From Candidatus Sumerlaeaceae bacterium (lineage in GTDB: Bacteria; Sumerlaeota; Sumerlaeia; Sumerlaeales; Sumerlaeaceae), in NCBI GenBank assembly GCA_049968255.1, contig JBMFRB010000003.1, positions 256,998 through 320,997 of the forward strand: DNA of 64,000 nt, read 5' to 3'. Within the stretch, counting starts at the first letter, position 1. Every line of letters begins with the position of its first letter. A program made the position numbers and the translations under genes. The notes beneath the pieces are model-generated. The model searched no databases. It worked only from the letters and a program-made list of their open reading frames with translations, and had not been told where the DNA came from. Shown here piece by piece: positions 39,990 through 50,057 of the stretch.

Positions 39990-40442
39990 ATGAAAACAGA
40001 AATCGCTCTTTCTCATTCAGATAGAGAAGGCGACATTCTGAGCGCCGAAGGTCAGCATTCCCCATCGCCTCGTTTCACGCGTTGGATTACGCTCTGTGAT
40101 GAACTCTCACTGGCGCTGCTCGAAGCGGCACGCGAGGCGCTCCGGCAAAGCACCCAGCCGCTTGACCGGGTGGACGCACTAAAGGAAATTGTCACCGTGG
40201 GGCATCGACTCTTTACCCTCGAACGCGCCCTCGCGATCACACCACGGCTTGCCGGTGAGCAGGAATCTACCTCGAACCCTGCGATCCTGGCTCAACGTTT
40301 CGAGGAGTTCCTACGCATGACACGAGATTTTCGCGAGTCCAGCACAAGTGCCGAAGCAAAAGAAGAGACGGAAGCGAACGATCTGAAGCTCTTCCCGGCG
40401 GATGCCGCGGGTGCTTCCACGATGTTCATGCATGAGCCGTAA
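39990..40442 (+). CDS. Hypothetical helical protein
   Basis: ATG just downstream of an extended -10-like TGCTACATT; fills the gap before the tRNA; no certain motif. Confidence 0.55.
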   Translation: MKTEIALSHSDREGDILSAEGQHSPSPRFTRWITLCDELSLALLEAAREALRQSTQPLDRVDALKEIVTVGHRLFTLERALAITPRLAGEQESTSNPAILAQRFEEFLRMTRDFRESSTSAEAKEETEANDLKLFPADAAGASTMFMHEP

Positions 40443-40535
40443 ACGAACCGAGGCAAAGGCGACGAATAAGAAATTCTCTGCAAGGTAACAACTCGACGAA
40501 AAGGCGCAAATTTCTTCTGCGCGCTACCTCAACGA

Positions 40536-40611
<76 letters not shown>

Positions 40612-40840
40612 TTTTTCTTTTTTCCCCATGTTTCGTTTGGGGCGCACTTTCGTAGTGGCGCATGGGCTTCAGAGCATTGCGCCCCGGCTTCATCTGCGCG
40701 CAATGCCACTAGGTTTGCCCACGGCTCATGAGGATGTGTTCCGCCGCTAAAAGCAAACCGAACGAATCCGCGGTGGACCGGTAGAAATTTCTCACGCCGG
40801 CGTGGTAGAGAAGAGCGTAGGTAACGAGCGCGAAGACACC

Positions 40841-42190
40841 ATGACTGGGATAACGAACCTTCTAACGCCAGAGCAGCGCTACCGCGTTTATATAGAGACC
40901 TACGGCTGCACCTTCAATACCTCGGACAGCGAGGTGATGGCCGGCCTGCTCGAACGCGCCGGCTATGAGGTTGTTCCTGCCGCCGAGCAGGCGGACATTG
41001 TGATTATCAACAGTTGCATCGTGAAGGAGCGCTCGTATCTAGACCTTCGCAAGCGCATCGGCGAACTCGTAACACCTACGTCGGCACTGTCTAAGCGTCC
41101 CATTGTCGTGCTGGCTGGTTGTGCGCCAAAGGTGCCACAGCACGGTGCCGAGTTTCATCATCTTCCTCAGATCGGCCCCGACAACGTTAGCGCGATCGTT
41201 GAAGTCGTCGAGCATGCCTTGGCCGGCAAGCTTCTTCATCGGGTAGAGCGTGAGCACATGCAGCGTCTGACGCTGCCGAAGCGGCGCCGAAATCCCGCCA
41301 TTGAAATCGTCCCTATCTCAAAGGGCTGCCTTGGCAAGTGCACCTTCTGCCAGACCGTCCTTGCGCGTGGCAAACTTTACTCATTTTCGGAAGACGAAAT
41401 CGAAGCAGCGGTGCGCGCAGCTCTCGCCGATGGGGTGCGCATGATCTGGCTCACTTCCCAGGATTGCGGGGCGTATGGCCAGGATTTCGGCAGCAGTTTA
41501 CCCATGCTTCTGCGCCGCCTTGTGCGGTTACCAGGTGATTTCAAGATTCGTCTCGGCATGGTGAACCCCGATTGGGCAAAACGTTTTATCGACGAATTAG
41601 CAGAAATCCTAGCGCATCCGCGATTTTTCCGCTTTGCGCACCTTCCCGTTCAGTCCGGCTCCGATGCCGTGCTTCGCGCCATGCGTCGTGAGTATAGCGT
41701 CGAGGATTTCCTCACGGTGTGTTCCAAGCTGCGAGCTGTTGTGCCTGACGTCTCCCTCGCCACTGACATTATCGCCGGTTTTCCCACGGAAACGGATGAG
41801 GACTGGGTCGCCACCTTGGAGTTGCTTCGCAAAACAGAGCCAGCGGTCGTGAACCGATCTCGCTTTTCACCGCGACCAGGCACCGCAGCAGCGCGCCTCA
41901 AGCCCTTGCCGTCGGCCGTGGTAGCCAAGCGCTCCCGCGAGCTTTACTACTGTACAGCGACGCTTGTGGCCAAGCGTTTGCATCAGTCCGTCGGAGCGGT
42001 TCGCGAAGTGATCGTCGAAGAATGTCCCAAGCCGGGCACCGCGGTCGCCCGCGACCCCGTCTACGCTCCAATCGTGCTCAAGGGAAACTTTGCCCCCGGT
42101 GCGCGCTTGCAGGTCAAATTGGAAAGCGTCGAAGGATTCCACCTGCGCGGCAACGTTGTGCATGCGTGTGCAACCGCGAGCGAACTCTAA
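40841..42190 (+). CDS. Radical SAM tRNA methylthiotransferase, CDKAL1/e-MtaB-like
   Basis: UPF0004 Cys triad (TYGC, NSC, AGC), CLGKCTFC, IWLTSQDCGAYG, IRLGMVNP, HLPVQSGSD, TDIIAGFPTE, TRAM-like end. Confidence 0.88.
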   Translation: MTGITNLLTPEQRYRVYIETYGCTFNTSDSEVMAGLLERAGYEVVPAAEQADIVIINSCIVKERSYLDLRKRIGELVTPTSALSKRPIVVLAGCAPKVPQHGAEFHHLPQIGPDNVSAIVEVVEHALAGKLLHRVEREHMQRLTLPKRRRNPAIEIVPISKGCLGKCTFCQTVLARGKLYSFSEDEIEAAVRAALADGVRMIWLTSQDCGAYGQDFGSSLPMLLRRLVRLPGDFKIRLGMVNPDWAKRFIDELAEILAHPRFFRFAHLPVQSGSDAVLRAMRREYSVEDFLTVCSKLRAVVPDVSLATDIIAGFPTETDEDWVATLELLRKTEPAVVNRSRFSPRPGTAAARLKPLPSAVVAKRSRELYYCTATLVAKRLHQSVGAVREVIVEECPKPGTAVARDPVYAPIVLKGNFAPGARLQVKLESVEGFHLRGNVVHACATASEL

Positions 42191-42211
42191 GCGATAGGGG
42201 GGCGCGGCGCG

Positions 42212-42832
42212 TTATTGGGCGGGCGAGACCGTTGCGTTGGGATCAAAGCGGTCAGGATTCGCCACGTCGAGAGTTCGCTGAAGCTGTTCTTCGTACTGAC
42301 GCCGTAGTTCTGAAGGAAGCACGTATTCGCGCTGCAGCGAAAACCAGATAATTCCGACACTTATTATCCACGCAGCCACAAGCGCGAGCGCCAGTCGGGT
42401 GGTGTCGCGTGCACCGCAACGCACACGCACAGCCGAGTAAAGAAAAAGCCCGAGCGGCATGAGGAACAGCGTGCCCACAAACCACTTCTTCGGTGTGCTG
42501 TAAGCATGCGACGCCACGTCCAGCCGCTTGGCATCAACAGCGACAAGAATCGCGACGGCGAGATGAGCCACGACAAGCAGCCCAACGAAATAAGGAATAC
42601 GCGGCGCAAGAGGGCTCAAACGCCAAATGCCCAGCCACAAGGCAACCGTGCTAAGTGTCATCACGGCATAAGCTGCAGTGATAAGCTTGTCGCCGGGCAG
42701 AGCCAGAGGCGTAGGAAGCGTTTTTGCCTCCTCTTGTGTATCCACAAGAATACTGCCGCAGAAAAGGCATTTACGCTGCCCCTCCGGAATTGTTGCCTGG
42801 CAAAGCGGACACTGTTGCACGCCCTCGTTCAT
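42212..42832 (-). CDS. Zinc-ribbon membrane protein
   Basis: CPLC-x9-CLFC followed by four TM helices. Confidence 0.75.
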   Translation of the reverse strand: MNEGVQQCPLCQATIPEGQRKCLFCGSILVDTQEEAKTLPTPLALPGDKLITAAYAVMTLSTVALWLGIWRLSPLAPRIPYFVGLLVVAHLAVAILVAVDAKRLDVASHAYSTPKKWFVGTLFLMPLGLFLYSAVRVRCGARDTTRLALALVAAWIISVGIIWFSLQREYVLPSELRRQYEEQLQRTLDVANPDRFDPNATVSPAQ

Positions 42833-43032
42833 TGCTCATACCGTTTTTGCCGTGTTCACTGCATTCTGCGGCTGGCATCAGCAAAAGTGATAATCAACTG
42901 TCATTTCACGTCGCGGGGAGCCGAACTGACACCGCAAACGCTTGCTCTGTGCCAACCTTCGTGGAAAAACTCCCTTGCACGATTGCGCCGGACTCAATTG
43001 GCTCAGCATCCATACACCAGCAAAAATGATCG

Positions 43033-43800
43033 ATGAATATCGAAGAATACCATAAAATGCGCGCATTGGAAAGCACCTACTGGTGGTTTCAGGCGCGCCG
43101 TAAAATGATCTTGGCCATGTTGCGTGATGTGATCGCACGCCACTGGCCTGAGCCTCGCCGCTTGCGAATTGTGGACCTTGGCTGCGGCACGGGCTTGCTC
43201 ATGGAAGACCTTCAGTCGCTGGGTTGGGTGTGTGGCCTGGATTTTTCTCCTGTGGCTCTGAGCTATTGTCGGCAGCGTGGGCTCACAGAGCTGGTGCGCG
43301 CTAATGTGGAAAAACTTCCGCTGTCCGACGGCTGCGCCGATCTTGTCACAGCCCTCGATCTGGTCGAACACGTCCCCGACGACCACGCACTTGTGCACGA
43401 AATGTTTCGCATTCTCAGCGCAGGGGGAGTTGCGCTCATCACGGTTCCTGCGCACCCGAAGCTTTGGAGCATGCACGACGTCGCGCTCCATCACCAGCGC
43501 CGGTATGAAAAGAAGCAGTTTCAGCGATTGGTCGTGGAGGCTGGCTTCACGCTGCAAAAGTATTCCTACATGATGATGAGCATCTATCCAGCCGCTGCGA
43601 GCTTTCGCTGGGCAAAGCGCGCCCTCATGCGCGAGAGCACGGCTAGTCCGCACACCGACGAATTTCCATTGCCGCCGTGGTTCAACGCGATGTTGCGTAC
43701 CGCCGTAGGGGCCGAAGCAGTGCTGCTCCGTCGTTGGAACTTGCCGTTTGGACTCTCGCTCCTGGCCGTAGCTCAAAAGCCTGCCACCACGTCGCGATAG
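43033..43800 (+). CDS. Class I SAM-dependent methyltransferase
   Basis: YWWFQARR, DLGCGTG, DLVEH, ITVPA..LWS.HD...HHQRRY. Confidence 0.9.
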   Translation: MNIEEYHKMRALESTYWWFQARRKMILAMLRDVIARHWPEPRRLRIVDLGCGTGLLMEDLQSLGWVCGLDFSPVALSYCRQRGLTELVRANVEKLPLSDGCADLVTALDLVEHVPDDHALVHEMFRILSAGGVALITVPAHPKLWSMHDVALHHQRRYEKKQFQRLVVEAGFTLQKYSYMMMSIYPAAASFRWAKRALMRESTASPHTDEFPLPPWFNAMLRTAVGAEAVLLRRWNLPFGLSLLAVAQKPATTSR

Positions 43801-43835
43801 CAAAGCTTCGCGCGAGCGACGAGACGATTGATCCT

Positions 43836-44714
43836 TTAGTCCACCATCACGCCATCACGCGGGGCGCGGCGGCGAAATTCCTCGAGCAGTTGTCGGAACA
43901 CCGGGCCGGGACGTCCCTCGCCAATTGTGCGACCATCCACTTTGACAACAGGCACTAACTCAGCTGCCGTCCCCGTGAGAAAGATCTCATCGGCATCGTA
44001 CACTTCGTATAAGGTAAACGGCTCTTCTCGGATGTTCAGCCCTTGCTCGCGCGCAATCTCGATCACGGCGTCGCGTGTGATGCCGCGTAGTGCGCCAAGA
44101 TAAACTGGCGGCGTCGTGACGATGCCGCTGCGCACAACAAAAATGTTGTCCGCCGTGCACTCGACCACGAAGCCCCGGAGATCGAGAATGATCGCCTCAT
44201 GCGCTCCAGCATTGTTGGCCTCAATGCGTGCTAAGATGTTATTCAGATAATTTAGCGATTTCACACGCGGGTTGAGAGCACTCACCGGTTGGCGCTGGAC
44301 AGCCGCACTAATAACCTCAATTCCGTTCTCGTAGAGTTCTTGGGGAAAAAGGCGGATTTGATCCGCGATAATGAAGACGGTCGGGTGAGGGCAATTGTTC
44401 GGGTTCAGGCCGAGATCGCCTTCGCCGCGTGTAACGACCACGCGAATGTAGCCATTGCGCAGGCCATTGGCACGCACAGTCTCCACGACCGCCCGGCGCA
44501 TTTCATCACGAGAAAGTGGAATAGTCAGCTTCAGGTATTTCGCCGACGACCAGAGGCGCTCGAGATGTTGGTCCAGGCGATAAATACATCCGTCATAAAT
44601 ACGAATGCCTTCGAACACGCCGTCGCCGTAAAGCAAACCATGGTCGAAGACGCTGATCTTTGCGTCCTGCTTTTCCACCAATTGGCCGTCGATCCAGATT
44701 TTCATAGGGTTCAT
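43836..44714 (-). CDS. ilvE: Branched-chain amino acid aminotransferase
   Basis: DHGLLYGDGVFEGIR, KSLNYLNN, LRGITR, DEIFLTGTAAE. Confidence 0.96.
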   Translation of the reverse strand: MNPMKIWIDGQLVEKQDAKISVFDHGLLYGDGVFEGIRIYDGCIYRLDQHLERLWSSAKYLKLTIPLSRDEMRRAVVETVRANGLRNGYIRVVVTRGEGDLGLNPNNCPHPTVFIIADQIRLFPQELYENGIEVISAAVQRQPVSALNPRVKSLNYLNNILARIEANNAGAHEAIILDLRGFVVECTADNIFVVRSGIVTTPPVYLGALRGITRDAVIEIAREQGLNIREEPFTLYEVYDADEIFLTGTAAELVPVVKVDGRTIGEGRPGPVFRQLLEEFRRRAPRDGVMVD

Positions 44715-44738
44715 CCTTGTTAGAACGTTCTAAACGCG

Positions 44739-45245
44739 CTACAGCGCTTCGGATTGAATGCTTCGATTTCGGTGACCTGCGGCTGGTCTCTGCGGAACGA
44801 ACAGCTCGCCCGAGTCGAGGACGATTGTGACCGGCCCCCAATTGCAAAGTCGCACCTCCATCATGGCCTGGAACACACCTGTGGCAACGTGCGGGCAAAG
44901 CTGCCGAAGTCTTTCGACAAATCGATCAAATAGCGCCGCAGCCACTTGGGGAGGCGCAGCGCCGACAAAGCTCGGACGACGTCCTTTGCGGCAATCCGCA
45001 AACAGCGTGAACTGACTCACGACAAGCAGCTCGCCGCCGACCTCCAGCAGCGAGCAGTTCATTTTGCCGGCGTCGTCCTCGAAGATACGCAAATTGACGA
45101 TCTTCTGCGCCATCGTTTCAAGCACTGCATCCGAGTCGTCGGACGCCATACCAGCCAGCACCAGAAGCCCTTTTCCAATGGCGCCAACAACTTTGCCGTC
45201 AACGCTCACGCTCGCTTCTTTCACGCGCTGCAAAACAGCTTTCAT
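44739..45245 (-). CDS. dtd: D-aminoacyl-tRNA deacylase
   Basis: [33 protein letters not shown]. Confidence 0.96.
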   Translation of the reverse strand: MKAVLQRVKEASVSVDGKVVGAIGKGLLVLAGMASDDSDAVLETMAQKIVNLRIFEDDAGKMNCSLLEVGGELLVVSQFTLFADCRKGRRPSFVGAAPPQVAAALFDRFVERLRQLCPHVATGVFQAMMEVRLCNWGPVTIVLDSGELFVPQRPAAGHRNRSIQSEAL

Positions 45246-45308
45246 CGCCTTCTCCTCGGCAAACCTTGAGTTCCCGTGGGCCTTGATACGCTAGCTTCAG
45301 TGGCTGGA

Positions 45309-47186
45309 TTACGGACCTGGTGCATAGCGTGCCACCACTCGCCCAACGAAAAACGGGCCAAGCGACTGAATATATTCTGACGTTTGCCGGCTCTTGCGCA
45401 TTTCCTGAACGAGGCGCGAAAGCCTGTGCAAGTTCGTTCCGACTAGCCCCACCACGAATTCGTTGTCGTTGCGGTCAAGTCCATAACAAGCTAATCTGAT
45501 ATCATGCGCATAGTCACATTCGCCGTAGACCCGCCCCATCATCGCGTGCTCCATGAGGATCCGTCTTTGCTCTTCTTTGCTCAGGCGTTCGAAATCTGGC
45601 TTACGCCTCAGCGGGTACCACACGGCCCAGTTCCACTCCGTATTCAACAAATAGCGGTACGGGCGCTCAAAAAGCGTGTCCATCAAGTCCGGCTCGCGTC
45701 CGCTCGAATAAGTCCGGCCATACATCGTGCGCTCGATGTCCAGTTCACATTCACACATCGGTGCCGTCTCTGATACCGCTCGCATGAAATCCATGAGAGC
45801 TTCCGGCGCCTCGTTCCACGCCGCGATAGCAAAGGCTCGTGGAAACACAGCGTCGAGATAGAGCACCCAGGGCTGCTTGGGATAGAGTTCGGCTCCCAGT
45901 TTCTCGAGCGCATGGCGGATCTCAGCGACATCGGCCATCCCTTCAAAGGCCAGAATATGCAAGTAGAGACGCCTATCCACGGCCTGAACGACGCCGCCCA
46001 CCGGGCTGCCGAGCTCGCGCACATCACGCGGATCATCGGGGCAATACAGGTCGCGGTTCGGCTCAATACCCCAGCGCTTTGCTGTTTCCCAGTGATAGTC
46101 CCGCATCGGCCATTGATCTGGCTGCGGCGGCCCAAGATATTGCGGCGAGGCGCCCTTGAGCGCCATGCAGCCAGTATTGTCGCCTAACTGCGCGATTTCA
46201 GACACCTCATCGGGCGCCAGGGGCTGGAGGTTCAGCACACCCGCCAATTCCTCTAGGAGCGCCTCGATTGGTTTTGCGTCCGGCATGGCTTCCTGAATCA
46301 ACGTTGGCACAACACTTTCCACCGCCGGCTGTTCCAAGGTCCAGCTGCACGCCAACTGCAGCAGCGTCATGCCGCGCCCATCGGCAATATCGCGCATGCG
46401 CTGGAGTTTCGGTTGCGCAGCTTCAATCCAACCGGCCGGGCGAAACGCACGGTGGTCCGAGCGCGCCAGCCGATCTCCAGGCCGCAGACCGTCCAGAAAC
46501 AATCCTCCGTGGTCCACGACACGGGCCAAGACCTTAATCTGATGCTCTAGAGCTGCGGGCAGCACGAGTCGGCTGGGCCACGGTTCCAAAGGATTGAGAA
46601 TCAGCATGGCCCAATCAATCAGCGAGTGGTAACGGTCGAAGGCGTAAAGAATGTCGAGTGTGAAACCATTGGCCGGGCCAGGGGCAATGCCAAGCAGGCG
46701 CGTCAGCCCGCTTTCCATGAGTTCGCCCATTCCCTCCCATACGTCTTCGCTAGTGTAGCCAATTGAGTCGGGATTGTGTAGGAGGAGGACGTCGAAGTTG
46801 TCCACGCCCAGCCGCTCAAGGGATTTCTCCGCCGCCATGCGCAAATAGGCTCCATACTCATCTGGGCCGCGCAGCGTCGGATCGGTGAAGCGCGGAAAGC
46901 CTTTTTCGCCCGCGCGCTTGCCAAAGTAAAAATCGTGCCCTATCGCGCCGATCAGAGCATATTCGTCGCGTGGCACGCCCTCGAGCGCTTTGCCGAGCAG
47001 GCGGTCCGCCTCGCCACAACCGTAAACGTCTGCGGTGACAAAAGTACGAACCCCGAGTTCGTACGCACGCTGGAAAAGCGCGATGAAGCGCTGCTGCCCG
47101 ATATCCTGACCAAAATGCATAAATCGGCCGCCGCTCCACGTTCCAAGCGCAAGCGGCATGGGATCACGTCCGAGCTGTTCTGTCAT
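45309..47186 (-). CDS. Aldo/keto reductase fused to a chlorite dismutase/ChdC-like heme domain
   Basis: N-terminal LGTW, TADVYG, SLERLG.D.FD.LLLHNPD; C-terminal WYPLRR...EEQRRILMEH..MG, YGLD..DNEFVVGL, MRK, GPFFVG; single uninterrupted ORF. Confidence 0.82.
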   Translation of the reverse strand: MTEQLGRDPMPLALGTWSGGRFMHFGQDIGQQRFIALFQRAYELGVRTFVTADVYGCGEADRLLGKALEGVPRDEYALIGAIGHDFYFGKRAGEKGFPRFTDPTLRGPDEYGAYLRMAAEKSLERLGVDNFDVLLLHNPDSIGYTSEDVWEGMGELMESGLTRLLGIAPGPANGFTLDILYAFDRYHSLIDWAMLILNPLEPWPSRLVLPAALEHQIKVLARVVDHGGLFLDGLRPGDRLARSDHRAFRPAGWIEAAQPKLQRMRDIADGRGMTLLQLACSWTLEQPAVESVVPTLIQEAMPDAKPIEALLEELAGVLNLQPLAPDEVSEIAQLGDNTGCMALKGASPQYLGPPQPDQWPMRDYHWETAKRWGIEPNRDLYCPDDPRDVRELGSPVGGVVQAVDRRLYLHILAFEGMADVAEIRHALEKLGAELYPKQPWVLYLDAVFPRAFAIAAWNEAPEALMDFMRAVSETAPMCECELDIERTMYGRTYSSGREPDLMDTLFERPYRYLLNTEWNWAVWYPLRRKPDFERLSKEEQRRILMEHAMMGRVYGECDYAHDIRLACYGLDRNDNEFVVGLVGTNLHRLSRLVQEMRKSRQTSEYIQSLGPFFVGRVVARYAPGP

Positions 47187-47220
47187 GATGCAAAAATTAT
47201 GAATTGGTGCTAAAAAGCGG

Positions 47221-48252
47221 TCAATAACTCATCTTGTCCAGTTTCACTTTTCCGCGGAAAACCCAATAAATCACAGAGGTATAGCCGAGCACAAAAGGCA
47301 TGCCGATGGCGGCGATGATCGCCATGATGGCCAACGTCTTTTGCGACGAGGCTGCCGTGTAGGCCGTCAGACTGTATTTGGGATCAATCGAGCTAATAAT
47401 CAAATTCGGGAAAAGGGCGATGCCAAAAAGGAAAATCAAGCCTGCCATCGTGCAGCCAGAGCTGATTAGCGCGCGAACTGGATAACCAAGATACACAGCA
47501 CGCGGGATGTTGGCAATGGCGAGCACCGTGAGAATGACCATAGCCCAAACCCACGGGAAGTAGCGGAAATTGTATGTGGCGTTGGGCACTGTAGCCAGTG
47601 TCACGATCGTCGTCAGGATGTAAAAGAACAAAAATGTGCCGAACGCTCGCCAAATCCAGCCGCGAATGCGCTCCTGCAGTTCCCCTTCCGTTTTCATGTA
47701 CAGGTAAATTGCACCGTGCAGGGCAAACATCGAGACGTTGAACACGCCGACGAGAATGGGATACAGGGTCAATAAATCAAAAAAGGTCCCTTTATAATCT
47801 CCATCTGCTCCGATGGGAAGGCCTTGCATCATGTTTCCGACAGCCACACCAAAAAGGAAAGACGACAGAAAGCTGGAGAGGAAAAACGCGACGTCCCACA
47901 TTTGCCGCCACCACGGCCACGGTTGCTTGCTGCGAAATTCAAGCGCAACGGCCCGAAAGATGAGGGCGCATAGCAACAACATGAAGGCAAGATAGAACCC
48001 CGAGAAGGCTGTGGCATAGGCTTTCGGAAATGCCGCGAACAATGCCCCTCCCGCTGTCACAAGCCAAACCTCGTTGCCATCCCACACGGGACCAATCGAG
48101 TTCATCAAAATTCGTCGCTCGACATCCTTTTTGACAAAGAGGTGGAGCGTTCCCACCCCAAGATCAAAACCATCAAGGACGGCGTAGCCAGTGAGCAGCA
48201 CGCCAATAAGGAAATACCAAAGCAGGTTCAGGTCGAGCCATTCGGGTGTCAT
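47221..48252 (-). CDS. cydB: Cytochrome bd quinol oxidase subunit II
   Basis: YAVLDGFDLGVG, IGPVWDGNEVWL, FAAFP, FRAVALEFR, YWVFRGKV; GGAGG RBS. Confidence 0.97.
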   Translation of the reverse strand: MTPEWLDLNLLWYFLIGVLLTGYAVLDGFDLGVGTLHLFVKKDVERRILMNSIGPVWDGNEVWLVTAGGALFAAFPKAYATAFSGFYLAFMLLLCALIFRAVALEFRSKQPWPWWRQMWDVAFFLSSFLSSFLFGVAVGNMMQGLPIGADGDYKGTFFDLLTLYPILVGVFNVSMFALHGAIYLYMKTEGELQERIRGWIWRAFGTFLFFYILTTIVTLATVPNATYNFRYFPWVWAMVILTVLAIANIPRAVYLGYPVRALISSGCTMAGLIFLFGIALFPNLIISSIDPKYSLTAYTAASSQKTLAIMAIIAAIGMPFVLGYTSVIYWVFRGKVKLDKMSY

Positions 48253-48256
48253 GGTC

Positions 48257-49672
48257 TCATGCCTCCTCCAAAGATGCGGGTTTTTTGATCTCTGCCGCCA
48301 CGTCCAGCAACGAACTTTTCGCCGGACCCGTGTGTATCTCCGCCGTTTCGTCAGGCCCGTGTTGGATTTTGTCATTCATCACATAGAGCCACACCAACAG
48401 CAGCCACGCGTAAATGAAAGCAAAGAGGCCTATGGATATGGCGATCTCCGTTGCACTCACTGCCTTCGACACACTATCGCTCGTGCGCAGAAGACCGTAA
48501 ACCACCCAAGGTTGGCGGCCGACCTCAGCAGCTACCCAGCCAAGCTGATTCGCCGCGTAAGCCGCCAGAATAGCGAAGACGAAAATCCAAAGCAACCATC
48601 GCTGTTCGAACAGCTTTCCACGCCAACGTAAGAACGACGCAAGCAGTGTGATGCCGATAAAGAACATGCCAAGTGCCACCATCGCGTGATACGAATGAAA
48701 TGTGAGCGCAACGGGCGGCCGATCCTCCGGCTTGACCTTGTCAAGACCGTCCACGGGCTTGTTCCAGTCAAAATGCACGAGAAAGCTGAGCATTCCCGGA
48801 ATAGCTATGCCATATTTCACCCGCTCCTCCTGCGGATCGGGATGCCCAAAAAGATAAAGCGGAGCGCCGCCCTGGGGAGTCTTGAATAACCCTTCAAAGG
48901 CAGCTAGCTTTGCGGGCTGAGTGAACGCCACCTGCCGCGCACTCGCGTGACCCGACACAAGTTGCATCAGCGAGGCGATCGTGGCCACCACCAGCGCTAC
49001 GGTGAAAGAACGCTTAGCGCCATCCAGATGCTTGCCGTGGAGGATGTACCACGCACACACGCTCATCACAAAGAACGAACCGAGAATGAAAGCAGCAAGA
49101 ACAGTGTGCGTGAGGCGATTCATGCTCGATGGGTTGAACACAACCGCCCAGAAGTCCGTGATCTCCGCTCGTTGGCTGCCCATGTGTTCCACAATGTGAA
49201 AACCGGCGGGCGTCTGTTGCCAAGAATTGGCGACAATGATCCACACAGCCGAGAAAATCGAACCTAGGCAGACCATCAGCGTCGAAAAGAAGTGCATGCG
49301 CGGCGAAACGCGATCCCAACCGAACACGAGGACAGCTAAGAAGCCCGACTCGAGGAAAAACGCAAAAATGCCCTCCGCGGCGAGAGCCGAACCGAAAACG
49401 TCGCCCACGAAACGCGAGTAAGTTGCCCAGTTCGTCCCAAACTGAAACTCCATCACGATTCCCGACGCCACACCCATCGCGAAGGTCACCGCGAAAAGGC
49501 GCGTCCAAAAACGAGCCATGTTTTCGTAAACCTTGAGGCCCGTCTTGAGATACATGCCTTCGATGATCACCATAATGAGACCTAAGCCGATTGACAACGG
49601 CACAAAAAGGTAGTGGAAGGCCACTGTCAGTGCAAACTGGAGCCTGCTGAGCGTCACGGCGTCAAAGCTCAT
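48257..49672 (-). CDS. cydA: Cytochrome bd quinol oxidase subunit I
   Basis: [53 protein letters not shown]; GAGGAG RBS. Confidence 0.97.
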   Translation of the reverse strand: MSFDAVTLSRLQFALTVAFHYLFVPLSIGLGLIMVIIEGMYLKTGLKVYENMARFWTRLFAVTFAMGVASGIVMEFQFGTNWATYSRFVGDVFGSALAAEGIFAFFLESGFLAVLVFGWDRVSPRMHFFSTLMVCLGSIFSAVWIIVANSWQQTPAGFHIVEHMGSQRAEITDFWAVVFNPSSMNRLTHTVLAAFILGSFFVMSVCAWYILHGKHLDGAKRSFTVALVVATIASLMQLVSGHASARQVAFTQPAKLAAFEGLFKTPQGGAPLYLFGHPDPQEERVKYGIAIPGMLSFLVHFDWNKPVDGLDKVKPEDRPPVALTFHSYHAMVALGMFFIGITLLASFLRWRGKLFEQRWLLWIFVFAILAAYAANQLGWVAAEVGRQPWVVYGLLRTSDSVSKAVSATEIAISIGLFAFIYAWLLLVWLYVMNDKIQHGPDETAEIHTGPAKSSLLDVAAEIKKPASLEEA

Positions 49673-49686
49673 AGCCATTCTCCTCA

Positions 49687-49704
49687 TTGTGAGTTATTTC
49701 ACGA
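49687..49704. promoter_or_regulatory. Rex-like (or CRP/FNR-family) operator upstream of cydA
   Basis: TTGTGAG-TTAT-TTCACGA matches 12/14 of TTGTGAA-N4-TTCACAA and abuts the cydA RBS. Confidence 0.65.
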
Positions 49705-50026
49705 ACTAGACAATAAGGCGTCCATTTCAAGTACAAAATCGGTACCGCAAACTTCTGCCCACCCACTTCCCAGTAGACATTATAGAGATAATTGTGGGCA
49801 AAAGCCCCTTCGAGACATCTGCCGTGGAGTCTCTCAAGAAAACAAATTCTGGAGCTGGCACGCCGCTCCTGCCGAGCGTTGTAACTTAGTCACATCGCCT
49901 ATCCAGCGGGCACAAAAAATCACCCACGAATCCTACCCAAATCGTGTGTCGACCACACAAAAAACAATCAGGCAGAAAGGTAGCCCAGCGAAAGCTGAAT
50001 AGGCCAGATGAGGACGAGTATGGTAC

Positions 50027-50035
50027 TGTTATAAT
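50027..50035 (+). promoter_or_regulatory. Extended -10 sigma70 promoter
   Basis: Perfect TGnTATAAT (TGTTATAAT) 22 bp upstream of ATG 50058. Confidence 0.6.
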
Positions 50036-50057
50036 GCGCAAGCGAGCAACAGAACGC

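Noticed and set aside
40612-40800. Several short inverted repeats after tRNA-Gly
   Set aside because: 8-9 bp GC-rich stems fit ordinary termination or processing; no recognisable RNA family
42940-42955. Minus-strand TTGGCAC-N5-AAGC sigma54-like site
   Set aside because: Spacing is right but the -12 element is poor and there is no supporting context
49879-49896. Second Rex/CRP-like site TGTAA-N5-TCACA
   Set aside because: Spacer is one base short
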